A stretch of 60,255 nucleotides of DNA from Candidatus Faecimonas intestinavium (GTDB lineage Bacteria; Bacillota_I; Bacilli_A; RF39; UBA660). Under the pieces are notes generated by a model. That model was not told where the DNA came from and searched no databases. It saw nothing but the letters and a program-made list of their open reading frames with translations. The DNA lies in contig DVKL01000079.1 of assembly GCA_018716045.1 (NCBI GenBank), positions 1 through 60,255 on the forward strand. The letters are read 5' to 3'. The position numbers and the translations under genes are program-made. Of this stretch, positions 8,593 through 16,276 are shown in pieces (position 1 is the first letter of the stretch; the number at the start of each line of letters is the position of its first letter).

Positions 8593-10827
8593 TTACATTT
8601 TCTCATGGAATGTTCTAGCAATAACTTCCTCTTGTTGCTTTCTAGTTAATTTATTAAAACGTACTGCATATCCAGAAACACGAATAGTAAGTAATGGATA
8701 TTTATCAGGATTGTTCATAGCATCTACTAACATTTCACGATTTAATACGTTAACGTTTAAGTGATGTGCTCCTTGAACAAAGTATCCATCCATTAAATTA
8801 ACTAAATTTTCTACTCTTTCTTCTTCAGTTTGTCCTAAAGCACTAGGTACAACAGAGAAGGTATTAGAAATACCATCACGGCAACAATTTGCCCAGTCTA
8901 ATTTAGCAACAGAGTTTAATGAAGCAATAGCACCACTTTGATCTCTTCCATGCATTGGATTAGCCCCTGGAGCAAAAGCAACACCAGCTTTTCTACCATC
9001 AGGAGTAGCACCAGTATTAGAACCATATACTACATTAGATGTAATAGTAAGTACTGATAATGTTGGATGAGCATTTCTATAGCAAGGATGAGAACTTAAT
9101 TCTTTATAGAATACATCTAATATTTCTTTTCCAATTTCATCTACTCTATCATCATCATTACCATATTTAGGGAAATCTCCTTCGATTTCAAAATCAACAG
9201 TGATTCCATCCTCATCACGAATTGGTTTAACTTTTGCATATTTAATTGCAGAAAGTGAATCTACTGCTACAGAGAAACCAGCAACACCATAAGCCATTAA
9301 ACGATTTACATAAGTATCATGTAATGCCATTTGTCCAGCTTCATAAGCATATTTATCATGCATGTAATGAATAATATTCATAGCATCAGAATAGATTCTA
9401 GCAACTTCATGCATCATTTTGAAGTAAGCATCTTTAACTTTATCATAGTCAAGTACTTCATCAGTCATCTTTTCAAATCCAGGAATAACTAATTCACGTT
9501 TAACTTCATCAACACCACCATTAATAGCATAAAGTAATGTCTTAGCTAAGTTACAACGAGCTCCAAAGAATTGCATATCTTTTCCAACACGCATAGCAGA
9601 TACACAACAAGCAATTGCGTAATCATCTCCCATGCTTGGACGCATAACATCATCATTTTCATATTGAATAGAATCTGTTGCAATACTAACTTTGGCACAA
9701 TATTTCTTCCAAGCCTCTGGTAAATTTTGAGCCCATAAAATAGTCATATTTGGTTCTGGAGCACTCTCTAAATTCTCTAATGTATGAACGATACGGAAAG
9801 AAGTCTTATTAACCATAGACTTACCTTCAGTGGTAACACCACCTAAAGAGCATGTTACCCAAGTTGGATCTCCAGAGAATAATTCATCATAATCAGGTGT
9901 TCTTAAATGACGAGCAGCTCTTAATTTAATAACAAAATGATCAATAATTTCTTGAGCTTCCTCTTCAGTTAAAGTACCATTCTTAAAATCTCTTTCAAAA
10001 TAAATATCAAAGAAGGCATCCACTCTACCTAAAGACATAGCAGCACCATTATCTTCTTTAATAGCTGCTAAATAACCAAAGTAAGTCCATTGAACTGCTT
10101 CTTTAGCATTTTTAGCTGGTAAAGAAATATCAAAACCATATCTTGCAGCCATATCTTTAATTTCTTTTAAAGCTTTATATTGCATAGAGATTTCTTCACG
10201 TAAACGGATAGTTTCATCATCCATTACTGTGATTTTCATATTATCCCAGTCACTCTTCTTTTGTTCCATTAAATAATCAATACCATAAAGAGCAATTCTA
10301 CGATAATCACCAATGATTCTTCCACGACCATAAGCATCAGGAAGACCAGTTAATAATTTATTATGACGAGCTTTTCTAATTTCGCTAGTATAAGCATCGA
10401 AAACTCCATCATTATGAGTTTTAACTAAATTAGTTCCTTTAATAAAATTTTCAAGAGCTTCATTCATTTTATATCCATAAGCTTTAAGCTCTTGATAAAC
10501 CATCTTTATTCCACCTTTAGGAACAATACTTCTCTTACCTAACTTATCAGTTTGAAGACCTACAATTACATCATCATCTTCACTAATATATCCAGGTTCA
10601 AAAGCATTAATTCCTGCTGGATGATCTACATCAATATCAATAACATGTTTTTTAACTTCTTCTTTACACATATCCTCATATACTTTTAAAACACGTTTTG
10701 TTTTTTCCGTAGGACCACTTAAAAATAATTCATCACCATCGTAAGCTACATAGTTTTTCTTAATGAAATCGCTAACATTAATTTCATTACACCATGCACC
10801 TTCTTTAAAATCTTTCCATTGTTCCAT
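8593..10827 (-). CDS. pflB: Formate C-acetyltransferase (pyruvate formate-lyase)
   Basis: Glycyl-radical motif [11 protein letters not shown] near the C-terminus and an active-site Cys pair (IACCVSAM). ATG 10827 (MEQWKDF...) is preferred because of SD GAAGGTGAT. Confidence 0.92.
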   Translation of the reverse strand: MEQWKDFKEGAWCNEINVSDFIKKNYVAYDGDELFLSGPTEKTKRVLKVYEDMCKEEVKKHVIDIDVDHPAGINAFEPGYISEDDDVIVGLQTDKLGKRSIVPKGGIKMVYQELKAYGYKMNEALENFIKGTNLVKTHNDGVFDAYTSEIRKARHNKLLTGLPDAYGRGRIIGDYRRIALYGIDYLMEQKKSDWDNMKITVMDDETIRLREEISMQYKALKEIKDMAARYGFDISLPAKNAKEAVQWTYFGYLAAIKEDNGAAMSLGRVDAFFDIYFERDFKNGTLTEEEAQEIIDHFVIKLRAARHLRTPDYDELFSGDPTWVTCSLGGVTTEGKSMVNKTSFRIVHTLENLESAPEPNMTILWAQNLPEAWKKYCAKVSIATDSIQYENDDVMRPSMGDDYAIACCVSAMRVGKDMQFFGARCNLAKTLLYAINGGVDEVKRELVIPGFEKMTDEVLDYDKVKDAYFKMMHEVARIYSDAMNIIHYMHDKYAYEAGQMALHDTYVNRLMAYGVAGFSVAVDSLSAIKYAKVKPIRDEDGITVDFEIEGDFPKYGNDDDRVDEIGKEILDVFYKELSSHPCYRNAHPTLSVLTITSNVVYGSNTGATPDGRKAGVAFAPGANPMHGRDQSGAIASLNSVAKLDWANCCRDGISNTFSVVPSALGQTEEERVENLVNLMDGYFVQGAHHLNVNVLNREMLVDAMNNPDKYPLLTIRVSGYAVRFNKLTRKQQEEVIARTFHEKM

Positions 10828-10952
10828 CAATCTATCACCTTCCCAAAACATATTATACCATAAACCATATAATTTTTATGCACATATTATTAAGTTTTGC
10901 ACAATTTTACATATAGATTTTTGTAAGAAAATATGATATACTCTATCTATCT

Positions 10953-11332
10953 GGGGCTGACACGGTTTCGACGGGAATAGTAGAGCATAGATGGCAAGTC
11001 GAATGTCCACGTCACGGGCACAAAAAAATAAACGCAAACAAAATTAAAAATGCAGTTGCTAACATGTTTGGTGGAAACCAAGCTGTAGCATTTGCCTAAT
11101 AATATAAAGGCCTGCGCTTTCTTTTATTTCTTACCTAGGAAATAATCGAAGGTTCATATTTTATAGGTTATAGCTATTTTCTTCCCAGAAAATAGAAAGA
11201 ATTAAAGGGATAATATATTATCTTGGTCGTTAACTACTTGGATAGTATATGAATGAAATTAGTTAACTAAACTTGTAGAAGTTTATGTAGCTCTATTTTC
11301 GGACAGGAGTTCGATTCTCCTCAGCTCCACCA
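10953..11332 (+). ncRNA. ssrA: tmRNA
   Basis: The 5' end is GGGGCUGACACGGUUUCGACGGG. The 3' tRNA-like end is GGACAGGAGUUCGAUUCUCCUCAGCUCCACCA. The internal tag frame 11034-11099 reads ANKIKNAVANMFGGNQAVAFA followed by TAA TAA. Confidence 0.93.
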
Positions 11333-11423
11333 GATTGATAATTGCTCGAACTGAGTTATATATAGAGGACTTGTCAAAAGTTCTTTTTTATGTTATTATG
11401 AATATGTCAAGGAAACTTGCATA

Positions 11424-11468
11424 AAATAAAAAAGAGGAACATTCGATTCCGAAAGCGAATGTCGCCTC
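11424..11468 (-). terminator. Intrinsic terminator of the small hydrophobic-peptide transcript
   Basis: Minus-strand RNA forms GAGGCGACAUUCG-loop-CGAAUGUUCCUC followed by UUUUUUAUUUUAU. The plus strand has no U-run after the same hairpin. Confidence 0.6.
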
Positions 11469-11510
11469 TAATAAAATTATGGTCGACACTCAATCAGAGA
11501 TGAAAGAGTG

Positions 11511-11603
11511 TCATATTTTTATTGCTATTACCAATAAGGTAAGGAGTAATAAAATGATAGCAATGTATCGAAGGACTTTTATAATAAAAGTTCTTTTCTT
11601 CAT
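11511..11603 (-). CDS. 30-aa hydrophobic peptide, candidate type I toxin
   Basis: Below the ORF-track size cut-off. The peptide is MKKRTFIIKVLRYIAIILLLLTLLVIAIKI with TGA stop. SD is AAAGGAGGG, 6 nt before the ATG. An upstream CCUCC (11636-11632) can pair with the SD. The unit has its own -35/-10 (TTGTTT-17-TATAAT, 11695-11667) and its own terminator. Confidence 0.5.
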   Translation of the reverse strand: MKKRTFIIKVLRYIAIILLLLTLLVIAIKI

Positions 11604-11747
11604 TTTTATCCCTCCTTTCTTTCTCAAGATTGGAGGACGACACCCACATCAAATGTTCCTGTTAAAATTATATAATAAATGGATTCATAAAACAATCGAA
11701 CAAGAAATGTTTTTGATAAATTTTCGAAAATGTATATTATAATTTGA

Positions 11748-11878
11748 ATAGTGATTGCTTCCTATATTAAATTGTTAATAAGTTGTAGATAACTTTCCCA
11801 ATGGCACCATAAAAAAAGTCGTTCACAAAGCTGAACTTGATATATAAGACCAATCAAAGTCGATTGGTCTTTATTTTT
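11748..11878 (+). ncRNA. Candidate small RNA (promoter-to-terminator unit without a credible ORF)
   Basis: Possible promoter TTGATA (11713-11718), 16-nt spacer, TATTAT (11735-11740). Plus-strand-specific terminator GACCAAUC-AAAGUC-GAUUGGUC followed by UUUAUUUUUAU (11848-11878). The only internal ATG opens a 3-codon ORF. Confidence 0.3.
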
Positions 11879-12111
11879 ATTTACAAAACACCATGATTTC
11901 TTCTATTTACAGCTATAAAAAAGAATATCAAAAATAAACTATACTATGACTATAAAATGAGAAAAATGAAAGACTAAAAGTCATAAAAACCGAAAATTTA
12001 ATATGGGTAATCTACATTGGAATTATTATTCTAAGTTGGTATGCAAACAGTAAAGAAAAACACTTTATACTTTATAAAGATAATAAAAGCAAAAAAGAAT
12101 ATCAAAAATTA

Positions 12112-12330
12112 ATGATTCTAATATTCTCTATCCTAGTAATTGCCTATTATTATTTTGCAAAAGATAGTCTAGAAGATTATCAAAAGTTAACACCTTTCGA
12201 CAGTAAAAAGAAAAGAAATCTCACTACTGCATCTCTAATAGCCTCTTTATTTATTTTGGTAAGTGGGCTAATTCTCTTAGGAATAGCCATAGAAGATGAT
12301 GATATTGATATAGAAATAGCCTTCAATTAA
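12112..12330 (+). CDS. Small membrane protein; the reading frame is open upstream to 11956 without a canonical start
   Basis: The 72-aa ORF has two TM helices. The same frame stays open for another 52 codons upstream and encodes a further TM helix (LIWVIYIGIIILSWY), but contains no ATG, GTG or TTG there. Confidence 0.4.
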   Translation: MILIFSILVIAYYYFAKDSLEDYQKLTPFDSKKKRNLTTASLIASLFILVSGLILLGIAIEDDDIDIEIAFN

Positions 12331-12403
12331 TACCATTAATCAATCTAATTGCTTTCTTTACAAAAAAGCTATATAATATACCACAACCTAAAGGAGAAAT
12401 AAT

Positions 12404-12850
12404 ATGAAAAAAATAAGCAATCTAAATATTCCCAAAGTAATTATTAAAAAGAAAGAAGCAAAAAAAGTATTCGGAAACTGGCTAGGAAAAACGATACCGC
12501 AAAATGAAATAGCAACAAAATTAGGATTTCTATTATATCAAACAGGTATTCCAAATACAGAAACATGTATTTTAGAACAAAACAAAGAAAATGAATTACA
12601 ATTTAATTGTCGTCTAAAAAAGCAAAAAAGAAATATCGGCATATCACTAATATTTGAAGATGTAGAAAACTTTGGAGACTTAATTATCTCAACAAAAGAA
12701 GAAATAAGAACTTATGAATATCATAAGCAAGAAAGCAAACTATTATTAAGAAACAGAAAGAAAATAAATGAATTAATAAAACCAAGTGAACAAGCACAAC
12801 TCCAAAAGCCATTGATAAAGCAGTATTCTAACCCTACTGGACAAAATTAA
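12404..12850 (+). CDS. Hypothetical Lys-rich protein
   Basis: 148-aa ORF with SD AAAGGAG 8 nt upstream. No recognisable motif. Confidence 0.5.
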   Translation: MKKISNLNIPKVIIKKKEAKKVFGNWLGKTIPQNEIATKLGFLLYQTGIPNTETCILEQNKENELQFNCRLKKQKRNIGISLIFEDVENFGDLIISTKEEIRTYEYHKQESKLLLRNRKKINELIKPSEQAQLQKPLIKQYSNPTGQN

Positions 12851-12857
12851 ATATTAG

Positions 12858-12866
12858 TGATATAAT
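12858..12866 (+). promoter_or_regulatory. Extended -10 promoter element (TGATATAAT) in front of the Thr-rich leader ORF
   Basis: TG-A-TATAAT at 12858-12866. The same 9-mer recurs at 13023-13031 and at 25669-25677 (femAB promoter). Confidence 0.45.
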
Positions 12867-12894
12867 ACAAGTACTTTTTGAAAGGGAGATAATT

Positions 12895-12951
12895 ATGAAA
12901 AACAATCAAACGACAACTACAACATTAAAAATTAAATCAACGAAAATTTGA
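12895..12951 (+). CDS. 18-aa leader peptide with five consecutive Thr codons
   Basis: The ORF reads MKNNQTTTTTLKIKSTKI with TGA stop. SD GGGAG lies 6 nt upstream. The Thr codons ACG ACA ACT ACA ACA occupy 12910-12924. Confidence 0.55.
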   Translation: MKNNQTTTTTLKIKSTKI

Positions 12952-12981
12952 TTGTTTTAGTTATGAAAATATATAAATTAT

Positions 12982-13011
12982 GACTATTACAATCAAGTAA
13001 TAGTCTTTTTT
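12982..13011 (+). terminator. Intrinsic terminator (segment 3:4 of the proposed attenuator)
   Basis: GACUAUUAC-AAUCAA-GUAAUAGUC (perfect 9 bp) followed by UUUUUU. Confidence 0.75.
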
Positions 13012-13039
13012 ATTTAAATAAATGATATAATAAATATAA

Positions 13040-13240
13040 ATACAAAAATATAGGATACGACAATTAAACATTTATTTCAAAGAGAGTTATCATATGGTGA
13101 AAGATAATAAATAAAATTAATTGCCACTACCTATTAGTTGGACCAGAAATGGATTCCCCGAATAACGGTTATAAAAATAAAGAAAACGAAAGGATGGTAC
13201 CGTGCTATATGCACTCCTAAGGTATCATCTTTTTTGTTTT
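13040..13240 (+). promoter_or_regulatory. T-box leader, probable Thr specifier (ACU)
   Basis: Stem I elements AGAGAG (13081) and GGUGAAAG (13096). Candidate specifier ACU-A at 13126-13129. T-box sequence AAAGGAUGGUACCGUGC at 13189. Terminator GAUGGUACC...GGUAUCAUC followed by UUUUUU, ending near 13236. Extended -10 TGATATAAT at 13023-13031. Confidence 0.8.
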
Positions 13241-13318
13241 AAAGGAGATGATAATATGACGGAAAGTGAAACGATTTACTCCCATTCAAAAAGAAAATAA
13301 AAGAAAGAAGGAATTTTT

Positions 13319-14857
13319 ATGATAAATAAAGAAAGCGCTGAATTACTAAAACAAGTAATTCACAACAATTACAAAAATATAAAATATGAAAATATAAATG
13401 CTAATGAAAAAGAATTCTATTATGAATTTAAAATAGAAGAAAAAATAAGTGAAAATGATTTTGAAAAATTAGAAAAAGAAATGAAAAGCCTAAAAAAAGA
13501 TACTTTTGTCAAATTAATAAGAATCAGTGGTGTCTATCTAGACAGTAACAGCAACAATGAAATGATTACAAGAATAACAGGAAAAGGCTTTAATAGCAAA
13601 GAAGAACTATCTGAGTATAACAAATTTGTAGAAGAAGCGAAAGAAAGAGATCATAGAAAAATTGGTCAAGACTTAGATCTATTTTGTTTTTCAGACTATG
13701 TAGGGCCAGGATTACCACTATATACTCCAAGAGGTACAATCGTAAAAGATGAACTACAAAAAGAAATAGAACGAGTTTGTAGAAAATATGGATTCGAAAA
13801 AGTAAGCTGCCCTTCGCTAGCCGACATATCGCTATTCGAAACTTCAGGACATGCAACAAAATTTAATGATGAATTATTTAGAGTGTCCTCTCCAAAAGGC
13901 CATAAGTTTGTCTTAAAACCCGTACAATGTCCACATCATACTCAAATATATGCCTCTAAAATTAGAAGTTACAAAGAATTACCAATTAGATACATGGAGT
14001 CAGATAAACAGTATCGTGCCGAATTACAAGGTGCTGTTGGTGGATTATCTAGAGTATACGCAATTACTGTAGAAGATGGACATTCATTCTGTAGAATAAG
14101 CCAAGTAAAAGAAGAAGTAAAAAATATGTGCAATCTAATTAAAGAATTTTATACAAGAATGGGTCTATGGAACAACAACTGGGTATCACTATCTGTAAGA
14201 GACAAAAATCACCCAGAAAAATATATTGGCAGTAAAGAAGATTGGAACTTATGTGAACAAATGCTTCAAGAAGTATCAGACGAACTTGGATTAAATGCCA
14301 AAAGATGTGAAGGAGAAGCTGCCCTATATGGTCCAAAACTAGACTTCATGTTTGAAGATGCTCTAGGTAGAGAAATTCAAATACCAACTGTACAATTAGA
14401 CTTCTCTACTCCAAAAAGATTTGAACTATTTTATATTAATGAGTATGGAGAAAAAGAAACTCCCGTTATGGTTCATAGAGCAGTATTAGGTTCTTATGAA
14501 AGATTTTTAGTACTCCTTTTAGAACAAACAAAAGGAGTACTTCCTCTATGGCTATCACCAGTACAAGTAAATATCGTGCCGGTAAATATGAAATACCATG
14601 ACGAATATTGTAAAGAATTAAAACAAAAATTTATAGAAGAAGAAATTCGCGTCAACTACGATACTGAAGAAATCAGTATGAATAAAAAAATAAGAAATAG
14701 CAATATAATGAAAAATCCATATACAATAATTATTGGAGATAAAGAGCGAGATAACAATTTAATTAGTTATCGTAAATACGGGAGCGAAAAAACTATTTCC
14801 ATGAATATAGAAGAATTCATAAATCAACTAAAAAAAGAAAGTAGAGAAAGGAAATGA
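13319..14857 (+). CDS. thrS: Threonyl-tRNA synthetase, short form lacking the TGS domain and the editing motifs
   Basis: Class II core motifs are present: ERDHRKIGQDLDLF, FRVS..KPVQCPHH, HRAVLGSYERF. An anticodon-binding domain is also present. Only 109 aa precede RDHRK. A Thr T-box lies upstream. Confidence 0.9.
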   Translation: MINKESAELLKQVIHNNYKNIKYENINANEKEFYYEFKIEEKISENDFEKLEKEMKSLKKDTFVKLIRISGVYLDSNSNNEMITRITGKGFNSKEELSEYNKFVEEAKERDHRKIGQDLDLFCFSDYVGPGLPLYTPRGTIVKDELQKEIERVCRKYGFEKVSCPSLADISLFETSGHATKFNDELFRVSSPKGHKFVLKPVQCPHHTQIYASKIRSYKELPIRYMESDKQYRAELQGAVGGLSRVYAITVEDGHSFCRISQVKEEVKNMCNLIKEFYTRMGLWNNNWVSLSVRDKNHPEKYIGSKEDWNLCEQMLQEVSDELGLNAKRCEGEAALYGPKLDFMFEDALGREIQIPTVQLDFSTPKRFELFYINEYGEKETPVMVHRAVLGSYERFLVLLLEQTKGVLPLWLSPVQVNIVPVNMKYHDEYCKELKQKFIEEEIRVNYDTEEISMNKKIRNSNIMKNPYTIIIGDKERDNNLISYRKYGSEKTISMNIEEFINQLKKESRERK

Positions 14858-14867
14858 TAAAATAAGC

Positions 14868-15386
14868 ATGGAAAAATATACAATAGAAAAACTAAATCAA
14901 AATAATATAGAACATTATGCAAAAGTGAATGCCCTTGCATGGCTCCAATCATATAAAGGAATTGTCAATGATAAATTTTTAAAATTAATAAATACAGAAG
15001 AGGAAATACAAAAAGCAATTACAAACCTAAAAAACAATATGTATGATACTAGTAAAAGATTTCTATTAAAGGTAGATAACCAATATATTGGAATTTTAAG
15101 AATTCGCAAAACAAAATATAACAACTATTCTGATTATGGTGAATTAGGGGCCTTATATTTACTAGATAGTGCAAAGAAAAAAGGGTTTGGTAAAATTCTT
15201 TTCGAAAAAGCAATGGAAGAATTAAAACAAATGGGATATCAAAAAATGATTGTTGGGTGTTTAACAAAGAATTCTGCAAATGAATTTTACAAACACCTCG
15301 GTGGCAAATTTTTAGATACATCCCCTCTCACATTACCAAATGGAGAAAAAGTTATCGAAAATTTATACTCTTATGATATAAAGTAA
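14868..15386 (+). CDS. GNAT family N-acetyltransferase
   Basis: The acetyl-CoA motif A region is LYLLDSAKKKGFGKILFEKAMEEL. The 172-aa size is typical for the family. Confidence 0.75.
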   Translation: MEKYTIEKLNQNNIEHYAKVNALAWLQSYKGIVNDKFLKLINTEEEIQKAITNLKNNMYDTSKRFLLKVDNQYIGILRIRKTKYNNYSDYGELGALYLLDSAKKKGFGKILFEKAMEELKQMGYQKMIVGCLTKNSANEFYKHLGGKFLDTSPLTLPNGEKVIENLYSYDIK

Positions 15387-15448
15387 AGCTTGTATTCATA
15401 AAAACATTTCAATATAATAAGATTATAAACTAACAAAGGAGAAGAAAT

Positions 15449-16213
15449 ATGTATAAAGTAAAAAATTTTACAGATAATAATGACATTCAAATATTAAAAC
15501 AAATGGGACCGTTTACAGTAATTGAATATGTAAGAGATTTAAGCGTAACACCTATGACAGCACAAACAAGTTATTTTAGTAATTTAATGAACGTTAGAAA
15601 AAGACAAGTAATATGTAATCTAGCAAAATCCCCTGTAACAATACAAGCAGGAGCTATGCAATGGATGATAGGAAATGCAAATGCAACCACAGGAATCAAA
15701 GGAGCCGGTGATTTATTCTCTAAAATGGTAAGAGGAAAAGTAACTGGAGAATCAGCTATTAAACCAGAGTATACCGGTACTGGTGAAATTATTTTAGAAC
15801 CCACCTATAAACACATTCTATTAATTAATTTAGAAGAATGGAATAATTCTATTGTATTAGATGATGGTTTATTTTTAGCATGTGAATCTAATTTAAAACA
15901 AAAAGCTGTGATGAGAAGCAATATATCTTCTGCAGTTGCTGGTAACGAAGGATTATTCAATCTAGGAATAGAAGGAAAAGGTGTTATTTGCTTAGAGTCA
16001 CCATGTCCACAAGAAGAACTAATTGAAGTAGAGTTACAAAATGATGTGGTAAAAATTGATGGAAATATGGCCATTGCTTGGAGTGGCAGCTTAGAATTTA
16101 CAGTAGAACGCTCTGGAAAAACATTAATTGGATCTGCAGCCTCTGGAGAAGGCCTGGTAAATGTATTCCGAGGAACAGGAAAAGTATTAATTGCTCCAGT
16201 TGACAGAATATAA
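15449..16213 (+). CDS. AIM24 family protein (DUF124)
   Basis: 254 aa. Gly-rich beta-strand pattern (GAMQWMIGN, GTGEIILEP, GLFNLGIEGKGVICLES, GEGLVNVFRGTGKVLIAP) typical of AIM24/TIGR00266 proteins. Confidence 0.65.
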   Translation: MYKVKNFTDNNDIQILKQMGPFTVIEYVRDLSVTPMTAQTSYFSNLMNVRKRQVICNLAKSPVTIQAGAMQWMIGNANATTGIKGAGDLFSKMVRGKVTGESAIKPEYTGTGEIILEPTYKHILLINLEEWNNSIVLDDGLFLACESNLKQKAVMRSNISSAVAGNEGLFNLGIEGKGVICLESPCPQEELIEVELQNDVVKIDGNMAIAWSGSLEFTVERSGKTLIGSAASGEGLVNVFRGTGKVLIAPVDRI

Positions 16214-16276
16214 CAGATGTTAGTTTAAAATTCATTTGAAATGTGATAGAATAAGAATAATAAAGAGGTGAATTTT

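Noticed and set aside
11440-11452. TTCGATTC, an 8-mer matching the tmRNA 3' end. It could be an attR remnant marking a prophage or island integrated into ssrA.
   Set aside because: Only 8 nt match, it is part of a terminator stem, and no integrase or phage genes follow. This is insufficient for an att-site call, although the region is still treated as an accessory islet.
11479-11742. 87-aa plus-strand ORF downstream of ssrA.
   Set aside because: It has no SD and is antisense to a far better-formed minus-strand mini-gene (promoter, anti-SD, SD, 30-aa ORF, terminator). The sequence looks like random AT-rich translation.
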